Shown in pieces: positions 41,861-51,189 of a stretch of DNA of 64,000 nt (position 1 is its first letter; each line of letters starts with the position of its first letter). The notes beneath the pieces were generated by a model that was given only the letters and a program-made list of their open reading frames with translations, was not told the DNA's origin and ran no database searches. The position numbers and the translations under genes were made by a program. Source of the DNA: an uncultured Chloroflexia bacterium (lineage in GTDB: Bacteria > Chloroflexota > Limnocylindria > QHBO01); assembly GCA_963716585.1 (NCBI GenBank), contig CAVQTN010000004.1, positions 771,255 to 835,254 on the forward strand, given 5' to 3'.

Positions 41861-42505
41861 ATGGCCGACCTGGCGATCGACGACCTTCTGCTCGACCAGG
41901 GCTTTGCGAAGCCCGATGCGCGCGCCGCCGCGCGCGAGACCCTCGAAGCGGCCGGCCTGACCCGGCCGGGCAAGCAACGGATCACCTCGGAGAAGCTCGA
42001 CCGCGTCCGCGACGCGCTCGATGCCGCCATTGTTCGACATTGTGCCGATCCGGCCTGCATGGCAGGCGTGGCCGGCGACCCGCGCCGCCGCGTCGAGGTC
42101 GACCGGCCGCAGTGCTCCGTCTGCTCCGGTTCGAACAACCGCCGCGCGCTGCGCGCCATGGCCGACGCGTGCCTCGCCGCCGGGATCCGGCGCGTGCTTG
42201 TCGTCGGCGGCAGGCCGCCGTCGTACGTGGAGCTCGATGCGGCGCTCGGCGCATCGCTGCAGCTGCGCTTCGTCGACGGCACCTCCAACCTGCCGAACCA
42301 GAATGACGCGCTGCGGGATTGCGCCTGGGCCGATCTGCTCGTCATCTGGGCGCCGACGCCGCTGCCGCACAAGGTCAGCCGCCTGTATCGGTCCGAGGTG
42401 TGCGGCGTCAGGCATCGGGTGATGGTCCACCGGCGCGGCCTGGAGGCGCTCGCCGGCGAGGTCGTGACCCACCTGGCGCTGAGCTCCCACGCGCCGTGGC
42501 GCTGA
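41861..42505 (+). CDS. Hypothetical protein with Cys4 cluster (HCADPAC...CSVCSG)
   Basis: ORF. First gene of a three-gene same-strand cluster. Confidence 0.4.
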   Translation: MADLAIDDLLLDQGFAKPDARAAARETLEAAGLTRPGKQRITSEKLDRVRDALDAAIVRHCADPACMAGVAGDPRRRVEVDRPQCSVCSGSNNRRALRAMADACLAAGIRRVLVVGGRPPSYVELDAALGASLQLRFVDGTSNLPNQNDALRDCAWADLLVIWAPTPLPHKVSRLYRSEVCGVRHRVMVHRRGLEALAGEVVTHLALSSHAPWR

Positions 42506-42519
42506 GCCGCACCCAGGGC

Positions 42520-43623
42520 ATGGCGGAAGCGACGATCCTCACGCCGCGAGCCCTGAACCGCGCACTCCTGGCGCGCCAGGGCCTGCTGCGGCGCTGGCGA
42601 ACCAGCGCGGCCGATGCCATCGAGCGCCTGGTCGGCATGCAGTCGCAGGTGCCGCTGGCACCGTACGTCGGGCTGTGGTCACGGGTGGAAGCCTTCGAGC
42701 CTGGTGAGCTCGCCGAGCTGATGACCTCCCGCCGCGCGGTCCGTCCCTCGCTCATGCGGGCGACGCGCCACCTCACCACCGCCGACGACGCACTGCGCCT
42801 CTACCCCGTGCTGCGGTCGGCCCTGGAACGCAGCTTCGCCAGCGGCAGCCCGTTCGGCCGCCTCCTCGTCGGCCGCCTCGACCTCGACGAGCTGCGCGTG
42901 CAGGTCCGAGCGCTCGTGGAGGCGCGCCCGCTGACCATCAGCGAGCTCGGCACCATGCTTGCCGAGCGTTTCCACGGCTTCGATCGCACGGCGCTCGCCT
43001 ACGGCGGCGTGTACCTCCTCCCACTCGTCCAGGTGCCACCCCGCGGGGTATGGGGCAAGGCCGGCGCTCCCCGGCTGACGACGGCCGATACCTGGATCGG
43101 ACGTCCGCTGGGCACCAACACGGATCCGTCCGAGCTCATTCGGCGCTACCTCGCCGCATTCGGCCCGGCCACCACCGCGGACATCGCCGCGTGGTCCGGG
43201 CTGCAGAGGGTGCGCGACCTCGTCGCGCCCATGCGCGACACGCTCCGCAGCTTCGCCGACGACGCGGGCCGTGAGCTGCTCGACGTCCGCGACGCGCCAC
43301 TCCCCAACCCCACGATCCCGGTGCCGCCGCGCTTTCTGCCCGAGTTCGACAACATGCTGGTCGCCTACCGCGATCGTCGGCGCGTCATCCCGGCCGAGCA
43401 CCATCGGCGCGTCGTCGCCAGCCTGGGCCGGCCCATGCTGCTCGTCGACGGCTTCACGCGCGGCTTCTGGAAGGTCACCCGCACGCGGGGCACGGCGTGG
43501 TTGAGCGTCGAGCTGCTCGAGCCGGCCGACGAAGCGGCCATCCTCGACGAAGGCGCGCGCCTGCTCGACTTCCTGGCGCCCGATGCCGAACGGCGCGAGG
43601 TCAGCGCATCGGTCCTGGCTTGA
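42520..43623 (+). CDS. YcaQ/AlkZ-family winged-helix protein (DNA interstrand-crosslink glycosylase family)
   Basis: ILTPRALNRALLARQGLL... N-terminus and overall length typical of DUF1006/HTH_42 proteins. Confidence 0.55.
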   Translation: MAEATILTPRALNRALLARQGLLRRWRTSAADAIERLVGMQSQVPLAPYVGLWSRVEAFEPGELAELMTSRRAVRPSLMRATRHLTTADDALRLYPVLRSALERSFASGSPFGRLLVGRLDLDELRVQVRALVEARPLTISELGTMLAERFHGFDRTALAYGGVYLLPLVQVPPRGVWGKAGAPRLTTADTWIGRPLGTNTDPSELIRRYLAAFGPATTADIAAWSGLQRVRDLVAPMRDTLRSFADDAGRELLDVRDAPLPNPTIPVPPRFLPEFDNMLVAYRDRRRVIPAEHHRRVVASLGRPMLLVDGFTRGFWKVTRTRGTAWLSVELLEPADEAAILDEGARLLDFLAPDAERREVSASVLA

Positions 43624-43696
43624 CAGCGGTTGTGCAGACGCGACGTCGCGCGCCGACCGGCGGCGGCGCATCGGCCCGATTCGACACAATGAGCGG

Positions 43697-44227
43697 GTGA
43701 CCAGCTACGTCGTCCTGCTCAGGGGCGTGAACGTCGGCGGCCGGGCCAGGGTATCGATGGCGGCGCTGCGCGAGACGTGCACGTCCATCGGCTGCGAGGA
43801 CGTGGCGACCTACATCCAGAGCGGCAATGTCGTGCTCCGAAGCTCGCTGCGGGCTAATGTGCTGCGCGACCGTCTCGCATCGGCGATCGCCGACCAGCTC
43901 GGCGTGCGCGCAGTCGTGATGGTTCGCACCCACGCCCAAATGGCCCGGGTGCTCGATGCGCTGCCGTTCCCGGGCGCGCAACCCGGCCACGTGCACGTCG
44001 CCTTCCTGAGCGGCCCGCCGGATGACGCCGCCATCGCGCGAGCGCGTGAGATCTCGGTCCCGACGGAGGAGGTCGCCGTCCGCGGCTCCGAGCTCTACCT
44101 GCACCTGCCGAACGGGCTCGGGAGGTCCAGGCTCCCGGCAGTCGTCCTCAACCCGAAGCGCCTCGGCGCGGCCGCAACCGTCCGCAACTGGCGAACCGTC
44201 AGCCGGCTGGTGGAGATGTCCGCCTAG
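43697..44227 (+). CDS. DUF1697 family protein
   Basis: YVVLLRGVNVGG...MAALRE signature. GTG start. Confidence 0.55.
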   Translation: MTSYVVLLRGVNVGGRARVSMAALRETCTSIGCEDVATYIQSGNVVLRSSLRANVLRDRLASAIADQLGVRAVVMVRTHAQMARVLDALPFPGAQPGHVHVAFLSGPPDDAAIARAREISVPTEEVAVRGSELYLHLPNGLGRSRLPAVVLNPKRLGAAATVRNWRTVSRLVEMSA

Positions 44228-45329
44228 GGATCGTAGCGCCAGGCACTCCGCGAATCGCCGAGACAGGCGTAGCAGGTGCCGTTCTCCCACGGCTGCAGCC
44301 GATGGCCGCACGCGCGTGCGACGTCGACCACCGCATTCGGGAGCGTCCGGGTCGCCGTCGCGGTCGCCGACGACGCCCCGACCTGGCCCGACTGCACGCG
44401 ACGGGACCTCGACCAAAACCCGCCATCCCCAGGAGGCCGCTCGACGCCCGATCGTGCCACCGCCAGCTGTCGCAGGGTGCCGGCGTACACGCGGCGCGCG
44501 AACCGCTCCCAGATCCACGACCGTCCGGACGACTGCATCTCGAGGGCCCAGGCGCGGAAGGCGGGCGACGCATCGGCGCGGTTCACGAGCTGCATCAGCG
44601 GCACCTCGCCGTCATGCAGCAGGCGCATTGCGTCGGCCCAGATATCGGCCCGCGATGGCTCGATCATCGTCCGCCGTCGAATGCGCAGGGCCACCCCCAT
44701 CTCGTCGCAGAGCCCTGAGACCACGTCGATGAGCTGGAGTCGGTCGATGGCAACCGGATCGACCCACACCGCGACGACCTGGCCGAGGTCCAGGATCCCT
44801 GCGGTCCTGGGGGACAGCAGCACCTCGACGGAGCTGGCGTCGCGAGCGCCGAAGCCCTCGGTCAGGTGATCGCCAAAGCGGAGCCAGGTGCTGTGCGGGA
44901 AGCCGGCATCGGCCGCGAACCAGAAGAGCTCGTCGATCAGGTCGACATCGACCAGCGAGTCGCGCCCAACGTCGAAGCCGGGCGAGCCGGCGGAGCGCAG
45001 GCAGAAGGCCGCGTCGCTGGCCCCCGCCAGGACGGCGGGCGCAAGCTGCAGCGTGATCGGGCCGGCAATGTTCGGCGTCAGTGCCCAGCCGGCGGCGAAT
45101 CCGTGGCCGATGTCGTCCAGGCTGCAGAGGATGCGATCGCGGAGCGTGCCCTCGCCGTCGGTCGGCGCGGATGTGCGCCCGGGCCCACGGCGTTCGAGCG
45201 CTTCCGCCGAGCCGATGCCGCCCAGCCGCAGGTACGCGGCCAGGTCGACCAGCTGGCAGGCATGCCACAGCGACGCGTCACGCCGCTCGAGCAGGTGGAC
45301 AGCGTCGGGGATGCTCGATTCGTCGAACA
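44224..45329 (-). CDS. Hypothetical protein (C-terminal Cys-rich CGH...CYAC)
   Basis: Upper part of the 584-aa ORF overlaps a real plus-strand gene. GTG start at 45329 with GAGGGA RBS proposed. Confidence 0.35.
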
Positions 45330-45453
45330 CGCAGGTCCCTCGGATGAGTCTCGCGCATCGTCGCTCGCCCGTCGCGGAAGAGCCATGGGCCGTAGGTCCC
45401 AGTCCGTCATGGTCTGCGGCGGATAATGGCGTCACCCATCCACGGAGAGCCGC

Positions 45454-46165
45454 ATGACCCAGGACGTGACGGGCGACCCCTACACCGCTGAGCTGCTGAA
45501 GCACCTGCAGGCCACCCGGCAGGCGGAGCGCGACGTGTTCAGCCGGCTCGAGCCGGCCGTGCGCGATCGACCGATGCGCGACGACGACTGGTCGCCCAAG
45601 GATCACCAGGCGCACCTGACCATGTGGAAGGCGCGCCAGGCGGAGCGCGTACGAGGCGCTGCGCGAAGGGCGCGAACCGCTCAGCGACGCGCGCGAGGAC
45701 GACGAGATCAACGCGGAGCTGCACGCCACCCGCGCCGACTGGGACTGGGACGCCATCGAACGCGAGGCGGACGAGGTCAGTGCTCGCCTGGAGTCAGAGG
45801 TGCGCGCCGCGGATCCGGCGGTGTTCCGGGACAACGAACGCCTGGTCGGAAGCACCTTCGGCAACGGCCCGTTCCACGCCCTGACCCATTTCGGCTGGCT
45901 GATCGAGGCGAACGTCGGGATTGACGAGGAGCGCGTCGACACGTTCATCAACCACGAGGAGCAGCTCCTCGAGGCCACCGGATTGCCCGATCGCGACCGC
46001 GCGCTGGGCCTCTACAACCTGGCCTGCGCTCATGCCCTGGCCGGGCGCCCGGAGCGCGCGCGGCCGCTGCTGCGCGAGGCGTTTCGCTTCCGCCCGGACC
46101 TGCGCGAGTGGTCAACCCAGGACTCGGACCTCGACGCGTTGCGCGCGGAGCTGCCCTCGCTCTAG
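45454..46165 (+). pseudogene. DinB/DfsB-like helical-bundle protein with C-terminal TPR-like segment, 1-nt frameshift near 45645-45655
   Basis: Frame 1 (45454-...) carries W-x-PKDHQAHLTMW. The continuation AYEALREGREPLSD...GPFHALTHFGWLIE... is open in another frame back to about 45620. Confidence 0.5.
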
Positions 46166-46212
46166 CCGCAGGGCGCGGGATCGGCTGGCGAATCTGCCTC
46201 CCCGCCGCGAGC

Positions 46213-47091
46213 TCAGTGCAGGCGGCCGCCTCCGCTGCCACCGCTGCCTTCGTTGCCGTCCCCTCCGCGCTCGCGCAGGAAACGCTCGATATCGGCGATC
46301 AGCTCGTCGCCCTCCGGCAACCGGGCCTGGTCGGCCAGCAGCTCCAGTCGCTCCACGTGCGCCTTCGTGTCGGCGTCCGATGCGGCCGCCGCATCGAGCT
46401 GGTTGCGCCGCTCGAGCGCTCGCGTGGCGAGGCGGCCCATCGGCACATCGACGCCCAGGTACTTGCCCAGCGAGGTCAGCAGCGCGATCGAGGCTGCCGG
46501 GTACGAGGCATTGATGTAGTGCGGCACCTGGGCGAAGAAGCCGACCGACGGGATGCCGGCCGCGGCCATCTCCACCTCCAGCACCGAAAGTGCCGCCGCC
46601 GGCACGCGCAGCCGTCCGTCCGGGCCCTGCTTGGTGCCTTCGGGCAGCAGCCCATCGCCCGATGCAGTCGCCAACACCGGCACTGGCCGCGTGTGCGGCA
46701 CCGCCGCAGGAATGGCACCCAGGCTGGCCCAACCGACCACCCCCAGCCGGCGGGCGAGGTCGACGACGTCGGCGGCGAGCTGGTGCCATCGGTAGTCGGG
46801 CTCGGCGCCCAGCAGGACCAGCAGGTCACGCTTGGCCACCCGCGTGTGCGTGATGGTGAGCGAGGACCACTCGAGATGCGTCGGTCGACCGTCCACGATG
46901 TCAAGGGTCGGGCGCCGGACGCGGTAGTCGAAGATGGCGTCCGCGTCGAAGGTGGCGATCGTCTCGCCATCCTCGGCGAGCTGCGCGGCGGCGCTGGTCC
47001 CCGCACCGCCCGCATCGACCCAACCCTCCAGCGCCGCAACGATCACCGGCGCGGTCAGCGCGGGTTCGCGGTGAAGGTCGTAGAGCGGCAT
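46213..47091 (-). CDS. PAC2 family (proteasome assembly chaperone-like) protein
   Basis: MPLYDLHREPALTAPVIVAALEGWVDAGGAG... typical PAC2 N-terminus. Start trimmed from the 391-aa ORF. Confidence 0.65.
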   Translation of the reverse strand: MPLYDLHREPALTAPVIVAALEGWVDAGGAGTSAAAQLAEDGETIATFDADAIFDYRVRRPTLDIVDGRPTHLEWSSLTITHTRVAKRDLLVLLGAEPDYRWHQLAADVVDLARRLGVVGWASLGAIPAAVPHTRPVPVLATASGDGLLPEGTKQGPDGRLRVPAAALSVLEVEMAAAGIPSVGFFAQVPHYINASYPAASIALLTSLGKYLGVDVPMGRLATRALERRNQLDAAAASDADTKAHVERLELLADQARLPEGDELIADIERFLRERGGDGNEGSGGSGGGRLH

Positions 47092-47199
47092 GCACCAAAG
47101 TCTACGGCGGCCGACACGCGGCAGCTCGCTGGCGCCCGGCGCAGTGGGCCGCGGTGCCGCCGGTTTGCCGCTGATTGCCGCCATGGCCGCTGGGTCGCT

Positions 47200-47345
47200 G
47201 ACGGGGAGCCGCCCCCGGGTGCCGCCGCGGTGTCGCCGGGTCGCCGGGTCGCCGGGTGCCGAGTCGCCGGGTGTCGCCGGGTCGCCGGTGGTCGCCGGTC
47301 GCCCGGTCGCCGGGTCGGCGGATGCCACCGGGTCGCTGACGGGTA
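47200..47345. repeat. Microsatellite of (GGTCGCCG)n-like 8-bp units
   Basis: gtcgccgggtcgccgggtcgccgggtgccgagtcgccgggtgtcgccgggtcgccggtggtcgccggtcgcccggtcgccggg..., upstream of the PAC2 start. Confidence 0.8.
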
Positions 47346-47371
47346 GCCACCGCCGGGTCGCCGGATGCCAC

Positions 47372-47502
47372 CCGGTGGAGGTATTCACGAAGGGATGGCC
47401 CCGTCAGGCGCCCCCGACGTCGATTCCTGCCAACGAGTGACCCGATCCAGCAAGGACGGAGCCTATTTCCGTCCACGTTGCCGCGAACCTCCACCCCGTG
47501 GC
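47372..47502. mobile_element. MITE-like element copy X with 15-bp terminal inverted repeats
   Basis: Left end GCCACCCGGTGGAGG. Right end reverse-complement GCCACGGGGTGGAGG (14 of 15 positions match). Internal GTGACCCGATCCAGCAAGG...CACGTTGCCGCGAACCTCCACC shared with copies at 48356 and 54646. Confidence 0.6.
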
Positions 47503-47651
47503 AGGGCTGCCGCAGAGAATCGGCCTCGGAGGTATCGGGAGCGCGCAACCCTCGAGATCCGCGCCGCGCGCAAGCCAGACGAGAGGATCGTCCCGAGACC
47601 CGGCCGACGACCCGTCAGTAAGCACCCAGTAAGGCTGCAGTAAGGCGCGCC

Positions 47652-48326
47652 TTGAATACTTCGGCGGTGAGCAATCGCGAACGCCGCATGGCGCGCGCCG
47701 CCCATTTGATCGATCGAGACATGCGCGAAGCGGCCGATGCCCTGCGCCAGGCGCGACTTCGTTCCGGCCTGTCGCTCGAGGTCGTGGCCGCGGCGGTAGG
47801 CGTGTCCGCATCGGGGATCCTGCGTCGGGAACGCGCGGTGCCGCCCGGGCCCCGACCGGTTGAGCTGGCCAAGCATGCCGCCGCGGTTGGATTGCGGGCA
47901 CGCATCCGGGTCTACATCGGCGACTCACCGCTCCGTGACGCCCCGCAGGTCGAGCTGCTGCGGGCCTTCCGCGAGCGCCTCCATCCGGACCTGCGTGTCG
48001 AGCTCGAACGACCGGTCGTCGGCTCGCCCGGCATCGATCGGCGCGCGTTCGATATGGTCATCCGATTCGCCACGACGCGCGGCGGTGTCGAGGCCTACAC
48101 GCGTTTCCACGATTGCCAGGCTCAGATCCGGGAATGCCTGCTCAAACAGCGCGATGCAGGGATCGAACGGCTGTACGTCGTGGTCAAGGGCACCGAGCAT
48201 AACCGCCGGGCCGTCGCCACCGCGCGGGACCTCCTCACCGCGACGCTTCCACTTGGAACGCGCCAGGTGTTGCGGGCGCTTGCGGAGGGTCGGGATCCCG
48301 GACAGAGCGGCCTCGTTCTCCTGTGA
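47652..48326 (+). CDS. HTH-XRE protein with conserved C-terminal domain (paralogue 2), flanked by MITE-like copies
   Basis: HTH LRQARLRSGLSLEVVAAAVGVSASGILRRERA. C-terminal motifs as in 25039-25689. Confidence 0.55.
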   Translation: MNTSAVSNRERRMARAAHLIDRDMREAADALRQARLRSGLSLEVVAAAVGVSASGILRRERAVPPGPRPVELAKHAAAVGLRARIRVYIGDSPLRDAPQVELLRAFRERLHPDLRVELERPVVGSPGIDRRAFDMVIRFATTRGGVEAYTRFHDCQAQIRECLLKQRDAGIERLYVVVKGTEHNRRAVATARDLLTATLPLGTRQVLRALAEGRDPGQSGLVLL

Positions 48327-48355
48327 TGCCGCAGCCCCTTGTCAGCCGGCACCCT

Positions 48356-48483
48356 TGCCACGGGGTGGCGCTAACCCTGACGCCATGCACGATGCCAGCG
48401 CCGCCGACCGTGGATCGGGTCACTCGGTGACGTAATCCAGCAAGAAACAGCCCGTTCCGCCCCACACGTTGCCGCGAACCTCC
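48356..48483. mobile_element. MITE-like element copy Z
   Basis: Left end TTGCCACGGGGTGGCG. Internal GGTGACGTAATCCAGCAAGAAACAGCC...CACGTTGCCGCGAACCTCCACCGGGTGACG. Direct orientation relative to copy X. Confidence 0.55.
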
Positions 48484-48778
48484 ACCGGGTGACGATTTCG
48501 AGGAATTGGCTCCGATCGGCCCCGGGCGTTGCCGCGAAGCTCCACGCGGTGGCAATTTCGAAGAAGTGGCGCATCGGGCCCCCGGGCGTTGCCGCGAAGC
48601 TCCACGCGGTGGCAATTTCGAGGAAGTGGCGCATCGGGCCCCGGGCGTTGCCGCGAAGCTCCACGCGGTGGCAATTTCGCCGGGGATTGGCGCATCGGGC
48701 CGCTAGACGTTGCCGCGAACCTCCACCGGGTGGCAATTTCGCCGGGGATTGGCGCGTCGGCCCATTGGGGCGTCGCCC
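48458..48778. repeat. Tandem array, 5 x about 60 bp, derived from the right end of the MITE-like element
   Basis: Units GTTGCCGCGAAGCTCCACGCGGTGGCAATTTCG + a related 27-bp tail. Tails are mutually similar (not unique spacers), so it is not a CRISPR array. Confidence 0.8.
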
Positions 48779-48803
48779 GCAATGACGTGGACGCGAACGA
48801 CTC

Positions 48804-49496
48804 TCAGCCCAGGATGGTCAGCCAGCCGATGCCGATCAGCGATGCCACAAGGAAGAGCACGAAGCGCAGCAGCCAGCGAGGCCCGGCGTCCTCGGGATCG
48901 GCCAGCTCCCGCGGCGCAACGACGAGCATCGTGTAGAACGCGCCGAGGCCGCCCAGCAGCATGACCGCCACGAACGCGGCGAAGGACGGGCCGAGACCGC
49001 CGACCGAGCCAAGGAAGTCCGCCGGATTCAAGCCATCGAGCAGCTCGGCGGCGAAGCCGGAGAAGACCGATCCCGCGACCAGGGTGAACGGCAGCACCAG
49101 CAGCCGGCGCAGCCGCGCGTCGATGACCGGCAGATGCGGATTCGCCAGCAGGGCCACGATCGCCAGCAGGCTCAGTGGTCCGGCGATGATCGAGGAGTCG
49201 CGAAGGCCAAGCTGTTCGAACCCGATCGAGGAGACGAGGCCGAGCGCCGCGACGAGCGGGCCGGCCAGGATCCAGCGCGGGCCATCCTGGTCCCAGGCCG
49301 TCACGCGTGGCTGATCGGCCGGTCGCGTCGCCAGGCAGACGATCGCCGCAACCACGGCGAGGATGATCAGCGCGCCGGCCAGGGGTCCGTGGGTCAGGTT
49401 CGGCCCGGTCGTGGCGCTGAGCGACGGCGCGACGACCGCCAGCCACGCAGCGAGCACGCCGTCCTCCGGTCGCACGGCCGCGGGCCAGGCGCTCAT
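48804..49496 (-). CDS. Hypothetical integral membrane protein
   Basis: 6 hydrophobic helices. Start 4 nt downstream of the cyclase stop. Confidence 0.45.
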   Translation of the reverse strand: MSAWPAAVRPEDGVLAAWLAVVAPSLSATTGPNLTHGPLAGALIILAVVAAIVCLATRPADQPRVTAWDQDGPRWILAGPLVAALGLVSSIGFEQLGLRDSSIIAGPLSLLAIVALLANPHLPVIDARLRRLLVLPFTLVAGSVFSGFAAELLDGLNPADFLGSVGGLGPSFAAFVAVMLLGGLGAFYTMLVVAPRELADPEDAGPRWLLRFVLFLVASLIGIGWLTILG

Positions 49497-49499
49497 GCC

Positions 49500-50501
49500 T
49501 CACTCTTCGTCAAGCAATCGGTCGACGGCGCGGGTGTACTGCTCGGCGGTGAGCGCTCCGCTGTCACGCAACGCCTGGAGACGCGCGATCTCATCGGCGA
49601 CCGAGCCGCCACGGCGTCCACCCCGTCGTCCGCCGCCGGCATCCAGGGGAGACTCACCGGCGTCCTGCTCGAGCGAGGTCTTGATCTCTGCGAGCACACG
49701 TTGCTCGATGGCCTCGCGCGCCGTCATGCCGACCGACGCCAGCGGAGACGCGACTTCGCGCAGCCAGGCAGGCATGCGGCTCAGGGCATCCGACATGGGA
49801 TCGACCGCCGGCGGCGAGCCCGGCGTGGCGGCTGCGGCCGCGGGCGACGGCTCAGCGGCGGGCGACGGCTCAGCGGCGGGCGACGGCTCAGCGGCGGGCG
49901 ACGGCTCAGCGGCGGGCGACGGCTCAGCGGCGGGCGACGGCTCAGCGGCGGGCGACAGCTCAGCGGCGGGCGCGAGGTCGCTGATCGTCAGCTCGTGGAG
50001 CGGCTCCGGCCGGTCGATGTCCTTCAGGCGTTGCTCGCCCAGCGAGCGAATCGCGACCCCATCGGGCAGGTCAGCACCGACCAGCGCCCGCGTGGTCTCC
50101 GAGAGCAGCACCTGGCCGCCATGGCCGACCGCCGCAATACGCGCCGCACGAACCACGTCGAGGCCCGTGTAACCTTCCTCGCCGATCGCCGGCTCCCCAG
50201 TGTGCAGGCCGATCCGCACCCGCACCTGGACACCTTCCGGCCACACCGCCCCCGCATGCGCCCGCTGCACGGCGACGGCGGCCGCGACCGCATGCCGCGC
50301 CCTGGGGAACGAGTAGAAGAACGCGTCGCCCTGCGTGTCGATCTCCTGACCCTCCTGGGCCGCGAACGTCTGGCGCACGATGCGCCGATGTTGCCCAAGC
50401 AGCTCGGCGTACGACGCATCGCCCAGCTGTTTGAGCAGGGTGGTGCTGCCCTCGATGTCGCTGAACAGGAACGTGACGGTTCCACTCGGCAGGTTCGGCA
50501 T
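49500..50501 (-). CDS. Class III adenylate/guanylate cyclase with repeat linker and C-terminal SHOCT domain
   Basis: CHD motifs (VTFLFSDIEGST, GDAFFYSF, GLHTGEPAIGEEGYTGLDV), (PAAEPS)x7 linker, SHOCT (IARLQALRDSGALTAEQYTRAV). Confidence 0.75.
   Translation of the reverse strand: MPNLPSGTVTFLFSDIEGSTTLLKQLGDASYAELLGQHRRIVRQTFAAQEGQEIDTQGDAFFYSFPRARHAVAAAVAVQRAHAGAVWPEGVQVRVRIGLHTGEPAIGEEGYTGLDVVRAARIAAVGHGGQVLLSETTRALVGADLPDGVAIRSLGEQRLKDIDRPEPLHELTISDLAPAAELSPAAEPSPAAEPSPAAEPSPAAEPSPAAEPSPAAEPSPAAAAATPGSPPAVDPMSDALSRMPAWLREVASPLASVGMTAREAIEQRVLAEIKTSLEQDAGESPLDAGGGRRGGRRGGSVADEIARLQALRDSGALTAEQYTRAVDRLLDEE
49841..49972. repeat. Perfect 18-bp tandem repeat x7 (GGCGGGCGACGGCTCAGC) inside the cyclase linker
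   Basis: Six identical units plus one with a single substitution. In frame; encodes PAAEPS repeats. Confidence 0.85.
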
Positions 50502-50593
50502 CGGTCGAGGATATGTCGATTTCGCGCCCGTGCGTTCGTCGTTGATGCAGGGACCGATGCACATCGGTCAGACATGCACACAGGAGACGACCG

Positions 50594-50929
50594 ATGGCCA
50601 GCAAGATCATTCACGTCGAGGTCGCGGGCAAGGACGGCGCGGCGCTGCAGAAGTTCTATGGCAGCGTGTTCGGCTGGGACTTCGACACCAACAACCCGGG
50701 CGGCTACGGCATGCTGCGCCAGGGCGACCTCACCGCGGGTTTCGGGCCGAGCCAGGACGGCGGCCCGGGGCACGTCACCTTCTACGTGGCGACCGACGAC
50801 CCGGCGGGGACGCTGCGGCGCGTCGAAGAGCTCGGCGGCCGCGTGCTCATGCCGCTCACCGAGGTCGCCCCGGAGACCACCATCGCGCTGTTCGCCGACC
50901 CGGAGGGGCACGTCGTCGGCCTGATGTAG
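50594..50929 (+). CDS. Glyoxalase / VOC family protein
   Basis: IIHVEVAGKDGAALQKFYGSVFGWDF... typical VOC beta-alpha-beta-beta-beta. Confidence 0.65.
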   Translation: MASKIIHVEVAGKDGAALQKFYGSVFGWDFDTNNPGGYGMLRQGDLTAGFGPSQDGGPGHVTFYVATDDPAGTLRRVEELGGRVLMPLTEVAPETTIALFADPEGHVVGLM

Positions 50930-50957
50930 CCAGGGGCCTCGCGACAACCGAACACGG

Positions 50958-50990
50958 AGGAGCCGGCGGTGGGTCTCCCGCCGGCTCATT
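50958..50990 (+). terminator. Putative intrinsic terminator
   Basis: ggagccggcgg-tgggtctc-ccgccggctc hairpin followed by attcgtt. Confidence 0.35.
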
Positions 50991-51189
50991 CGTTCCCCCG
51001 CGCGTGCAACGCGAGCACGCCGCGCGCCGGCGAGCGGGTTCGGATGAGCGAAGCCGGCACGTGTTGACACCCTACAACGCCAACCTTGCGATACACCTTG
51101 CGGCGCGAGGCCCGCGCAATGCCGAGCGACTGGGCGCGCCGCAAACCTGCAGCCGGCACGGGGCGAGCCGCTCATAGATGACGGAGCGC

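Noticed and set aside
48458-48778. 60-bp tandem array considered as a possible CRISPR-like array
   Set aside because: The segments between the conserved 33-bp cores are themselves mutually similar (about 80-90%), not unique spacers. There are no cas genes. The core equals the terminal repeat of the adjacent MITE-like element.
48371-48785. ORFs inside the tandem array encoding repeated peptides (MRHFFEIATAWSFAATPG...)
   Set aside because: The periodic peptides merely mirror the DNA repeat. There is no RBS or start context, and an overlapping ORF exists on both strands.
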